Positions 11,352 to 23,419 of a DNA stretch of 64,000 bases are shown here, one piece after another. The stretch spans positions 58,406,001 to 58,470,000 of the forward strand of contig NC_058368.1 of NCBI RefSeq assembly GCF_018350175.1, written 5' to 3'. The notes below the pieces were generated by a model. That model did not search any database and was not told where the DNA came from. It saw only the letters and a list, made by a program, of their open reading frames with translations. The position numbers were made by a program, and so were the translations under genes. Position 1 is the stretch's first letter; every line of letters begins with the position of its first letter. The stretch comes from Felis catus (Eukaryota).

Positions 11352-13517
11352 ATATATGCACAATTTATAAGTCAAGTCTTAAATGAAGAAATATTCATGT
11401 CTCCAAAAATGTGTGTTTTTTTCTCTGGACGTTGGCAGACTATATTCTGGACTGGTAAATCTTACAATTTGACTTGACAAAGTAATCACAAGCAGCAGAG
11501 ATGGGAGAGCATTACTGATAAGTAGCTGCCTTCTCAGGCTTGTTGCCTAATCTGTTTGTAATTCGCTGTATTGTAAACCTTGCTCTTATAGACAACTGTT
11601 AGAAACAAAATTACATCAATCATTATAAAACTGTCCAGTTTCTCTTGTCAGAAAAACAAACAAAACCCAACAAAACCCTGTGTCCCTGGGGCAACAATTC
11701 GATGAACAAGTTTATACCCTTATCAGGATTTAAAACAGATTGATCTTAAATCTACCTTATATGCTGAGACACAGATGTTTTAAAATCTTCACTAGCACTA
11801 GTATTTACATAGGTCTTATTTTTTAAATGGCAGTGATTTTACTTATTATAAAAAACCTGAGATAATTGAGGGTTGAGGAAAGATTTCCCTACCAGCTCAG
11901 CATGAATGCATCTCATTGCATTTCATTTTTACATAATATTTTAGATCTTGAGACACAGAGTTAACATTCTACACAAAATTTGATTTTAAAAATTAGTTAT
12001 GTCAATTCCCAGGAATATTCTTGCCTGAAAATATAAAGGTCTGTTAATCTTTTACTCAGTCCCTCTCTTGTCATATCCTCTTGTAACTAGTGTATGACAA
12101 ATATTTTTTTCCTCATGTGCTAAATCATCACTTCAGGGACAGCTAAAATTTTAGAATTCTGTTAATTTGAAAAAAATTATTAAGAAATTATTAAGAAAAT
12201 TAATATTTGAAGAAAAGTAAAAGCAAGAGTTAACATTTAAAGAGTGTATTGAGTTTTCTTTGTATCAAATAATGACTAATGCTGTTCTGGGGCTCCTATA
12301 CCACAACTCATTTTCTTTTTTGTCTCATCACTTCCTGGGATAAGGTCAGTGGTCATCTTCATTTGAATGACTTCCCCAGATCTTGAGGTTGAGTGATGAA
12401 GGAAGGAATGAATGGTCATGTGGCAGCAGCCCGATGCACCCTCACATATACTCAGAATGTGTAAGTGTATAAAGCCAACAATTTGTACATTTTAAATTCT
12501 GAGGTAAATCCTATTTGGGAAAACTAAAGTTATAAGCATCATTTTAAACAAATTATTCTATTTTGGAAGATAATAGCTTCCCTCTCCTTTTTGTGAAAAA
12601 TGGTGGAAAAGTCCAATTTTCACTTGAACAATTTTCATGTCTTACTGAATTGTGACTTTAATCAAAGATAAATAAACAATATTTCTTCCTTCCTCTCTCT
12701 CTCTTTTTTTAATTTTCTTTTGTCAAAGCCTGTTTTCAGTCTAGAAGTAAGGGTCATACAACTTCTTAAATTAAAAGTAACTTTGAAGTTTTGCAATTGC
12801 ATATTGCAAATACTTTCTATTAGAAGGAAATTTCATGCAGAAGCTTTAAAACTAAGAGTTAGAGAGTTATAATATTGCATAAAACTGTATAAAATCAAGA
12901 TAATTGGATTTTAATCCAAAATGCATTTAGTGCTTCTAGGTAAATTAAACTCCTCAGCAAATTGAATTTTTAATGGACTTTAGTTTAAAAATGACTATAT
13001 ATTTTATTCCTATTGCAATAGTGCAGTTAATAGAGAGCAAAATTGGTAATAAGCATGGCATTTAATTCATGCAGATAGTTGGATTTCGCACAAGTGCTAA
13101 AATGGGTAAAGCTCTTTAAAAGATCATGTATTTGCTTTGTAGGCCTAGCAAATTGTTATCTAAACTTGTATTGGGAGAAGGACGAAAAGGTTTTTATACC
13201 TAAGTTGTTACAATTTAAATAATTAATGTCTTATAAATAAGTTCTTTTAAAGCTTGCAAAAAAGGATAATAATGCAAATTACATTCTAGTTTACAATTCT
13301 TCTATTTAAACAAGTAAACATTCTGGATCTCCTTCTATATAAATTTATGTCTTTATATTTACATACATTATATATAATATATACACACATGTACATGTTC
13401 ATGTATTTGATTTCTAATATTTCTTTGATATATTTTAGTATTAACTTTTTCACATTTAGTTTTAATAGTAATATGGATATATTTTCTGAAAATCTAATTC
13501 AGTTTTTGGGAAAATGT

Positions 13518-13682
13518 GGGACACCTGGGTGGCTCAGTCAGTTAATTGTCCGACTTTGGCTCAGGTCATGATCTCATGGTTTGTGAGTTTGAGCCCTGCA
13601 TCAGGCTCTGTGCTGACAGCTCAGTGCCTGAAGCTGACTTCAGATTCTGTGTCTCCCTCTCTCTCTGCCCCTCCCCAACTTG
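13518..13682 (+). mobile_element. CAN-SINE, 3'-truncated (no tail)
   Basis: gggacacctgggtggctcagtcagtt...cagattctgtgtctccctctctctctgcccctcccc. Confidence 0.9.
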
Positions 13683-14057
13683 TAATATCAATTGACAAAA
13701 AACCATTTAATTTATCTTGTTAGAAAAAAATGATCTATTTTCTTTCTTTAATCTCATTATTCAATAATGATATAACTTATAATAAAATATGATTATAACA
13801 GAAATTGTTTTTTACCATAATGTAAATTTTTTTTTTAATCAGGTCACCTAACTTTCTGAAGTATAATTTTCAGCAAGTGAGAAAGATTTAAAAACAGATC
13901 TTTGAAATACTATACTAAAAAATGCTTGAGGCTGTTTTAAAATTTTGATGTATATAATCATATCACTCTCACTATATTATTAATAGCATTATAACCACAG
14001 GAATACAGGTTACTGTCAATAATAAATAAAATAGGCATTTAAAATTTAGTTTTATCA

Positions 14058-14267
14058 GGGCACCTGGGTGGCTCAGTTAGTGAAGCGTCAACTTTAACTC
14101 AGGTCATGATCTCATGGTTTGTGGGTTCTAGCCCGTGATGGGCTCTGTGCTGACAGCTCAGAGCCTGGAGCCTGTTTCAGATTCTGTGCCTCCCTCTCTC
14201 TTTGCCCCTCCCCTGCTCTCTCTCTCTCTCTCTCAAAGATAAATAAACATTTAAAAAAAAGTTTTAC
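14058..14267 (+). mobile_element. CAN-SINE (SINEC_Fc-like)
   Basis: Full head, (CT)n, AATAAA and A-tail; TSD AATTTAGTTTTATC at 14043-14056 and 14268-14281. Confidence 0.93.
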
Positions 14268-14499
14268 AATTTAGTTTTATCTTTATCTCATGCTCTTAAA
14301 TTTATTTTTGTATGTTTCATTGAATAATATATATTTATATCATAGAACATATTTATAACAAATATGCACCATTTGCATAATTGAATATGAGCACTAATGA
14401 AAGCACCTAAAACATAGCTTAAGCTTTATATTCGTTAGCAAACTCTTATTCTTCTGTAGCTATTTCTTTGTCTCCAGCTCAAGAACAGGAATTGTTAAC

Positions 14500-14800
14500 T
14501 AGTTTGTTCTCTGATACATCTTAAAGATCTAAGAGATTACGTGGGATATAATAGTTACTTTAAGTTTTTGTTGAAAAATAGGTAAAATTGTATTTAGTGT
14601 TTAGGAGATTCAAGACAGTTTATGTTGCTCTAATTCCTTGATCTTTAGTATTTTATAAGACAAAAATTATTTATCCATTTTCCCATTTGACAACATTTTA
14701 ATTCCTTCCAATTTCTGCTATTACAGTTAATGCTATTATGAACATCTTTGCACATGTATCCTTGAACAACCAGATAAAAAAATATTTAAGGGGTATGTAT
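14500..14800 (-). mobile_element. Old L1M fragment
   Basis: ttatttatccattttcccatttgacaacattt...ttccaatttctgctattacag...atgctattatgaacatctttgcacatgtatcctt. Confidence 0.55.
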
Positions 14801-16394
14801 GTGTGTGTATGTGTATTGGTTTAATTTAGTTACCTCATCAAGTCCAAAGGCATGTACATTACCATGAAACTATATTAGTACAGCTTAAGCTACACACTGT
14901 CAAGAAATTTTGAGGTATAGGGAAACATGCTTCAGATGTAACTTCTGTTTTATAGGTAGTTATTTTATTTTGTAGATAATTTTGCTACCTGCTTCTTTCA
15001 ATTGTTGTCAGATTTCTGAGGAGGAGAATTTCCCAGTCTCAGTACTTCTGTGATCCTAGCATCTAAGCAATGTAATTAATATCTGTAGGCTTAATCATTT
15101 TTGTCTCCAACTTTGGCTCTGGCTTCAGTTGGAGTGAGTGAGATATATTATTTCATACTATCATTCATTCATTGCCTATGTGTGGGTGTGTTTTCAAAGA
15201 TTGTAGGGAAGATTATAACAATATTAAAAATTGGGAACAAACATATTAAAGGAGCATTCAAAAATAAATAATAAATAATAACATAATTAATGGAACAGCT
15301 TACAGATTTGCCTATTAAAATCAAAGTTGGCTGTGTATTTGCGATTATTTGAGAAAGGAAAGAACAGAAATTATATGGCTGTTTTATGGATAGGGAAAGA
15401 TTGTTCATAAGTTGTTTTTTTTTATTTCCATTAAACATTGGTCACTTTTTTTCCCTGAGACACCCAATCATAACACAGCAACGTTTTACTTGTAGAACAC
15501 TTTAAGAGCAGATGTTACCAGATATTTAATCATAAAAATATGGAACCTCCTGAACATTTGACATGGATTCATATTTTATTTAGTGAGTTGTGTTTTATAT
15601 TTTATAATTCCAGTAGTGAAATAATTTTGTTTAATAATATGCAAACAATACATCACAGTATTTATATATTGGAATCCAATCATATATTGGAATATATAGT
15701 AAAAGTATGGCAATATATGTATAATCATATATTCTTGGATCCCTTCATATAAGATTAGGTAGAATGTTACCTCAGTAATGCCCTTTGGTTTGGTATGGAC
15801 TTTTATGGAATCTCTAAGGAAACAAATTAATGAAAAAAAAATACAAGTATAGGTACTGATTATCGTGATTGTAAGTTCAGTAGAAGTTGTTTCTTTGCCA
15901 ACATGACATGTGGTGGAAGAAATAAATCACTCTTTCCTCTTAGGGCAGCTCAAGAAAATCTTAGAGATTTTTTCTATTTCACAAGATTAATCATCATATT
16001 AGAGAGACCTTTGCTCTTTACCATTTTTCTTCTCAAATTCTGAATTGCTTATATGAGTCTAGAAACCCATACATATAACTGAGGATCAGAGTAATTTGAA
16101 AGTAAAAATGATCTCCTTTTAGGTAGGTAGGTAGGTAGATAAATATTTGATTAGATAAATCTATGGTTAGATAGCCAATTTTAGTGAACTACTATTTGAA
16201 AATAAAAAGTAAAATTCCCTTTTAAATTCTATCACCAATTAGAATTTTTAGATTTTAAACATTTGTTTCAATTATAGGCATTTTTGGGGGGGAGCAACAT
16301 ATTTATTGTTTTGAAAATGAAAGGGCTATAAGACACTCTTTCACAAGAGTGTATGAACAGTAGAGCTAGGTTCCTTTCATTTAAACATTACTCT

Positions 16395-17275
16395 ATTTTT
16401 AGAATTTTTATTTAAATTTCTGTTAGTTAACATACCATGTAATATTAGTTTCAGGTGTACAATATGGTGATTCAGCATTCAGTGCTCATCAGGACAAGTG
16501 CACTCCATAATCTCCATCACCTATGTAACCATTCCCCCACCCACCTCCCCTCTGATAACCATCAGTTCTCTATATTAACGAGTCTGTTTCTTGGTTTTTC
16601 TCTCTCTCTTTTTCCCTATGATCACATATTTTGTTTCTTAAATTCCACATATGAGTGAAATCATAGTGTTTGTCTTTCTCAGACTGACTTATTTTGCTTA
16701 GCATAATACTTTAGCTCAGTCCTCATCATTACAAATGACAATTTTTCATTCCTTTTTATGGCTGAGTAATATTCCATTTTATGTATACCACTTCTTTATC
16801 CTTTCATCAGTTGATGGACACTGGGTTGTTTCCATAGTTTGGCTATTATAGATAATGCTTCTCTAAACAATGGGGTGCATGTAACCTTTGAATTAGTGTT
16901 TTTGTATTCTTTGAGGAAATACCTAATAGTAGAATTGCTGGACCATAGGGTAGTTCTTTTTTTAGCTTTTTGAACCTCCATACTGTTTCCTAGAGTGGCT
17001 GCACCAGTTTGCATTCCCACCAACAGTGTAAAAGGGTTGTTCTTTCTTCACATCTGTGCCAATACCTGTTGTTTATTGTTGTTAACATAATAACCATTCT
17101 AACAGGTGTGAGGTGATATCTCATTGTAATTTCGATTTGTATTTCCTTGATGATGAGTCATGTTGAGCATCTTTTCACGTGTCTGTTGGTCATCTGTATG
17201 TCTTCTTTGGACAACTCTATTCATGTCTTCTACACATTTTTAATTGGATTATTCATTTTTATTGTGTTGAGTCTT
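16395..17275 (-). mobile_element. 5'-truncated carnivore L1 (3'UTR and ORF2 C-terminus)
   Basis: Similar to 5185-6513; contains ggctgcaccagtttgcattcccaccaacagtg and gtgtgaggtgatatctcattg. Confidence 0.92.
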
Positions 17276-17879
17276 ATACTATAAGCTTCTGAGAATATAA
17301 ATTATATTCTAGGTATTTGAAAGAAAAGCAATCGCCTGGATATACACATTAGGACATGCCCTTTCAGCACTATTGATAATGTAACTTGGGAATAAAAAAT
17401 ACACCTACATCTATATCTACTTCCACATCTTTATCTATTTATACCCTTATGTATCCCAAAAGTATATATGAAATATAGTATATATATGAATATATATGAA
17501 AGAGCTATAGGAAATACAATGTTTATATATATAAAAATTGATTTTTTAGAGTTAAGTAATCTGTTAACAAGTAACTGTGTAGGATGTACATCAAAAACAA
17601 CATAATTGTGCATTATTTCAATATAAAATATCATAAATATTGTTTTATGAAACTATGTTTTAATTTGTTGCTCTCACAATCCATGTAGCAATTCAGTCTA
17701 ATTCAAATGGCTTTCATTATTTGAAAAAAATCAAATACATTAATGTGAAACATAATTCTAAACATTTTTTAGGTTTAACTGTGGCTATTTACAAGGAGAT
17801 TAAATTCCACAATAGGGCAAGCACTTTTGGCAATTTATTGTTTAAATGGATTTTGAACAATATTACACATAATGTCCTA

Positions 17880-18424
17880 TGTGAGACTGCCTAGAAGGTG
17901 ACTCCCTCATCTACCTCTAGTTATCGTGCCTTTGTATAATCCCCTCTCTGAGTATGCAGGACCTGCAACTTGCTTCTAACCAATAGATTATGGGAAAGGT
18001 AATGCAATGTCATTTCCATAATTACATCACATTATATAACACTCGAGCTTGCTTTTGGACTCACCCTACTGACTCTCTTTGATGGCTTGATGAACTAAGT
18101 GGATATATTGGGAATACCATGTGGCAAAGAACTGAGAATATTCTCCAGGAACTGAGTATGTTTTACAGCAAGAAGCCAGGGCATTTAATCTCACAATAGC
18201 AAGGAAAAAAAATTCTGCCAACAATCCCAGTGATCATTGAAGCAAGTCTCCAAATTAGATTGCAGTCCAACTGACTTCTTGATTATGGTCTTGTGAGACT
18301 TTGTACAACCCAGTTGAGCCAGGCTTAGGCTCCTGAATCACAGAAATTGTTAGGTAATAAATGTGTGTTGTTTAAACTGCTAAGATTGTGGTGATTTTTT
18401 TTACAGCAATATAAAACTCAGACA
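17880..18424 (+). mobile_element. MaLR solo LTR (MLT1F/G-like)
   Basis: TG...CA ends; aatcccctc...gcttctaaccaataga, catgtggcaaagaactgag, taataaatgtgtgttgtttaaactgctaag. Confidence 0.75.
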
Positions 18425-18449
18425 TTTCCCAATGAAGATATTTTCAGAA

Positions 18450-18660
18450 CTAGTCATTGAGCGTTTTATATGTCATTCTATGTGAATCAAGAACCACGCT
18501 AGATGGGAATAAAACAGTAATGAATAAAATATAATCCTGACTGTGGATCTAAATTAGTAAGAGTGGATCACATAAATAAATAAATCATATGCAATATATC
18601 AAGTGCTATAATAGAAGAAATGAATGTTACAGACAGTAATAAGGGTTCATGGGGAGGAGT
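18450..18660 (-). mobile_element. L2 fragment
   Basis: tcattgagcg...ctagatgggaataaaacagtaatgaataaaa...aagtgctataatagaag. Confidence 0.5.
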
Positions 18661-18699
18661 TTCTGTAAACATTTTGCATTTGATGATTATTCTCTTAAA

Positions 18700-19660
18700 T
18701 TTCTTGTAATAAGAACAATATTCCCTTCACTTAAAAAAAAAGCCAAGTCATTGTTGAAGAAACCAAGTCAGTTTTGCTATGCATCTGTTCATTTGCTTTT
18801 TCATTATGCTATTTAATGTTTTCCACTATCTCTTGCATTTCCTGCAAATTAGATTTAGCTCTAAAATCTTGATTAGCTTTTAGATTCAAGCTATTTTCAG
18901 TTTTTTTGCAAAAATAAAGACCTATACAGACTGTGGAGTTCATGTTGCATCATAAGAACAAAACCAATAAACAAAAAACATAATACCTGGTTGTCTTTTT
19001 AAATGTATCAGTGAAATGGCAAAAGACTGATCTCTTCATTATAAAACTTCAAATTTCCATCTTATAATTTCATCTATTGATAATTTTTGCTTGAATCATT
19101 TATTTCATTAGTGGTTGCAAATAACAATTTTTAAATTCTCATATTCCTTCCACATTTACTAGTTGAATTTCTTTTTAAAGCAGACTTTCTCTCACCAGCT
19201 AAAGTCATTTGATTACCTTGAGATACAATATACATAAGAAAGGAAGAGTAAATTCATTATTTTCCCTTCTAATCACCAAAATTTGGAATAAGAAGTAACT
19301 CTTTCAATGGTGACTAACTTTTTGTTTGTGTCATTTTTTTATCTTTTTCAAATATGAAATATCATGGATTTTATATTTATTCAATTAATTTCAGTTTCAG
19401 TCACTAGTCAGTCTTGTTTTTTCTTTTTTCTTTTTTTTTATGTTAAACTTGCCTCATTTTGGGCCACCTGAGTATTTCATATTGATGCCTCTCTCCTTCA
19501 ACGTGCATCCTTGCTCTAGCAGGTTTTTTACCTTTTGATACATGTTTTTCTATGGTGACCATTATTCCAAAGAGCCCTGTGTCTCTGTTGTGGGAAATCA
19601 TATTTAGATTCCACAGTCTGAGCCCTAGTAGTTGGTGTTAACTATGATTGAAAGATTATT
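18700..19660 (-). mobile_element. Old L1MC-like 3' region fragment
   Basis: ttgttgaagaaaccaagtcagttt, tttcctgcaaattag, tttcattagtggttgcaaa, ccaaagagccctg resemble the L1MC4/5 3'UTR. Confidence 0.5.
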
Positions 19661-19699
19661 CCTTGTCCTTCTGAATGGGAAGAGAAAAAAAATATGTAC

Positions 19700-19884
19700 T
19701 TCTTAAAGTTTTTTTTATTTATTTTGAGGGGGCAGAGGGACAGAGAGAGTGAGGAAGAGAGAATCCCGAGCAGGCTCCGTGCCCAGTGTGGGCTTGATGC
19801 GGGGCTTGATCTCAGGACTGTGAGCATGACCTGCACTGAAACCAGGAGTCCAGTGCTTAACCAACTGAGCCACCCAGGGACCCC
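19700..19884 (-). mobile_element. CAN-SINE
   Basis: SINEC body; flanking AAATATGTA at 19690-19698 and 19888-19896. Confidence 0.9.
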
Positions 19885-20000
19885 AAGAAATATGTATTTT
19901 TGTAAGACATATTTTACGAGATCCATTTCAATTTTAACATTTCAAGGCTTTTACTCTATTCCTTTTTTTTATTATTCTGAAAAAACAGTTATTATCCTCT

Positions 20001-20299
20001 TATTAAAAAATAAACTGCAATATATTAAAAATTTTAAGAGTTTATTTGAACAAAAGTGTCAAGATGAAAGTGGTTGGGAACCCTCTGCCACCTGGAGCCA
20101 TCAAGAAAATATGGAAGCAAAGAAAAGAAATTATTTAATTGGCTATAGCTTTAAGTCTAGTTGGCTGTTTGTGATGGGTTGTCCTTACTGTCTTGATTTT
20201 GTAACTTTGAGGTCTTTACAGGCTTAGATTGTGGTTTACTTTGGTAGGCCAGCATGGCATTAGAGCCACATCAGCCTCCTTTTTTCAATTATTTTAACA
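20001..20299 (-). mobile_element. ERV1 MER4-group-like solo LTR (MER31/MER67-like start)
   Basis: Minus strand starts TGTTAAAATAATT...GGAGGCTGATGTGGCTCTAATGCC...CCTAC and has AATAAA near the other end. Confidence 0.55.
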
Positions 20300-20420
20300 C
20301 CATTTAAAATATTTATTTCTTTATACCAATATATACATTTACATGTAAAATAGTATATCAGAATTTCAAAGTAATGCTACTTTTACAATTACTGGAGAAA
20401 TAAAAATTTCAGTTTAAGCT

Positions 20421-20434
20421 ATATATATATATAC

Positions 20435-20466
<32 letters not shown>

Positions 20467-20480
20467 GTATATATATATAT
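20421..20480. repeat. (TA)n with two symmetric CG interruptions; perfect 60-bp palindrome
   Basis: CG at 20434-35 and 20466-67 around a central (TA)15. Confidence 0.9.
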
Positions 20481-21669
20481 TTTTTAAATATCTCGCTAAG
20501 GACATACAATTAAAATAGTGCATTTTAAAAAGCTTGAAATTTCTATGTGATTTTATTACCAACTTAAAACACCAGTTCACTTATTCCATGTTATTTTCAG
20601 TGTTTAAGAAGTAAATTTGTATCTTTTTAAATTTAATTTTCTATTTTAAATATACAAAATATTTTGCAGTGTTCCAAAGTCCAATTATACAATAAGGTAT
20701 AAGCTGAGATGCCCCATTTGCATCCCTGTGTCTTCCACCTTGATGTCCACCATTCATAACTGACCCTCATCCCAATACATTCTGATGGACTGACCCCTAT
20801 CCTTATATGCCACACCACTTCATCTTTTTTTGACAACATTAAATGAGAAGATTTTTTCACTTTTAAACATAGTTGATGTTAGGGCTTTATTTCCTATTAT
20901 TTTTGTTACTATGTGCTACGTTTGTTTTTTCTATTGAGCATTTTGGGATTCTTACAATAGATTCTTTTCTTTTTCGTAATTATTAACATACGTACTGTCT
21001 AGGATAAACCTTACATACCGTGCTTTCTATTGAATATTTTTATTAAAGATGATTATTGCAAAGTGGAAAATCTGTTTAAAATATATCTTTTTAAGGAAAT
21101 TGGGCAATTCTCTACTTCTGAGTTTAATACCATAATAGCTAATAAAGTTTTAAAGGTCAAGGAATTAGTCAAATTGCAACATCAGGGAAGAATAAAAGCT
21201 GAAGGAATTTGTGATAATTACTAGACTATAGTTAGGAAAATCACAAGATAGAGGAATTTTTTAAAAGACATATTGTCATTAATGTGTAAAGACTACCAAC
21301 TACTTTGGGATAATATCATATAAAGAGCAATTTTCTTCTTGGTAAACCAGGAAAAAAAATATGCCTAAAGCAATTCAATCTGTTCCAGTAGCAATGTATT
21401 AGGGAAGAATCATTAAATCAAGAAAAACATAAGACATGAAAATATGTGAAAATAATACACATTTCAGAGAATTAGAAAATGCCTGAATAGGTATAATGAT
21501 ACATTCATGATGTTCAGTTTTCTAATCTATGTGTTTTCTTATTAAGAATAAGCTTCTTTTTACAGTAAATTTTAAATTTTATTTTATATTAATTTGAACT
21601 TAACTTCTGCTTCCAAATTAACTGGTAAAGTATGAGTAGAGATTGAGTAACCACATATTAATCCTAACT

Positions 21670-21830
21670 ATTTCATTTTCTGTATTTGTAACTTTATCAG
21701 GCAACAGCATTTTGATAATCAGTGATCTCATTTATAAAATGAATATAACATTACACTTCATCACATTTTAAAAGGGATAATAAGGAAAATATCTTATTAA
21801 TTAATGAGAAATAGTTTTATCACATTTTTA
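21670..21830 (+). mobile_element. MIR fragment
   Basis: tcagtgatctcatttataaaatgaatataac (MIR core). Confidence 0.45.
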
Positions 21831-22227
21831 CATGTCTAGGGTATAAATTAAACTGATAAATTCTTATGATTATTTGGACTGAATTTTTCCTTTTAGTTTA
21901 AATATTTCACAAATGATGAATTTTTGATTTGAAGTAATGTGGTATATATACTACCTAATATAATGTTCAACACATAATTTATATTTTGCAAATGGCAATA
22001 TGTAGTATGCCAAATGGGCTTTTTCTTTCAGTGTTATCAGACATTTTCAGGGGGAACATCAAGAAACTGTTAAACCATTATTTATTTAATCAAATGACAT
22101 TCTGTACTGAAATAAAATGAAAAATGAGCTTTTTTTCACTTCTGCCTTAAGAATTTCTATTTAGAGATCTAATTCCTAAGAACATACCCTTAGAAATTCC
22201 AGCATTAAAGAAAACTTCAGCAGACTT

Positions 22228-22260
<33 letters not shown>
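22228..22260. repeat. (TG)n microsatellite
   Basis: Directly visible. Confidence 0.95.
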
Positions 22261-22264
<4 letters not shown>

Positions 22265-22660
22265 CATTGCTAATAAACTGTAATGTCCATGAAGATAGGT
22301 ATTCTGATATGCATCATTGTATCTGCAGTAGCACTGTATTGACTTGCAATAGGAACTTCCTTTCATTACTGGTAGGAGTACAAAGTGGGAAAGTGACTTT
22401 GGAAGACACTTTGGTGGTTTCTTACAAAACTAAACATACTCTTACCATGTGATTCAGCAACTGTGCTCTTTGATATTAATGTAAATAAGTTGAAAACGTA
22501 CGTCTAAACAAAAACCAACTTGTGATTGTTTAGAGAAGCTTTATTTGTAATTCTGAAACATTGGAAGTAACTAAGATGTTCTTCAGTAGGTGAATTGATA
22601 AATAATCTGTAGTATATATCCAGACAACGGAATAGAATTCAACACTAAAAAGAAATGAGA

Positions 22661-22769
22661 GGGGCGCCTGGTTGGCTCAGTTAGTAGAGCATGCAACTCG
22701 TTGTCATGAGTTTGAGCCCCATGTTGGGCATAGAGATTACTTAAAAAACATAAAAACTTTAAAAATAAA
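22661..22769 (+). mobile_element. Short-type CAN-SINE nested in L1MC
   Basis: TSD AAAAAGAAATGAG at 22647-22659 and 22770-22782. Confidence 0.9.
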
Positions 22770-23203
22770 AAAAAGAAATGAGCTACAAGCCATTAAAAGA
22801 TATGGAAAAACATTAATGCATATTACTAGGTGAAAGAAGACAATCTGAAAAGGCTTTATACTGCATGATTCCAAGTATGCAACATTTTGATAAAGCAAAA
22901 CTGGAGACAATTAAAATCATTAATTTCTGTGGGTGATTGGGGATGGGGGAGAGATGAGTAGCAGAGCACAGATAATTTTTAGGGTGGTGAGAACACTCTG
23001 TGATACTATAATGATGGGTACATGTCCTACAGTTATCCAAACCCATAGAATGTACAACATCAAGAGAGAACCATAAGGTAAACTATAGACATTAGGTGAT
23101 TATAATGTGTCAATGTAGGTTCACCCTTGATAAAAAATGTAACATCCTGGTGATTGGTGTTGATAATGGGGGTGGCTATGCATGTGTCAGGATAGAAATT
23201 ATA

Positions 23204-23419
23204 GGGGCGCCTGGTTGGCTCAGTGGGTTGAATGTCCGACTTCAGCTCAGGTCATGATCTCACGGTCCATGAGTTTGAGCCCCGTGTTATACTTTGTGCT
23301 GACAGCTCAAATCCTGGAGTCTGCTTCTGATTCTGTGTCTCCCTCCCTCTCTCTGACCCTCCCCGCTCATGCTCTGTTTCTCTCTGTGTGTCAAAAATAA
23401 ATAAACATTAAAAAAAAAA
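23204..23419 (+). mobile_element. CAN-SINE (SINEC_Fc-like) nested in L1MC
   Basis: TSD GATAGAAATTATA at 23191-23203 and 23420-23432. Confidence 0.93.

Noticed and set aside
19694..20227. 177-aa ORF, the longest in the ORF track
   Set aside because: It runs through an antisense SINE, AT-rich filler and an LTR; a chance read-through with no protein signature
21000..21500. Possible processed pseudogene or transposase remnant
   Set aside because: No recognisable peptide in the frames inspected and no poly-A tail or TSD
22661..22735. tRNA gene (also other SINE heads)
   Set aside because: A/B-box-like head of a CAN-SINE followed by a SINE tail and TSD, not a cloverleaf tRNA
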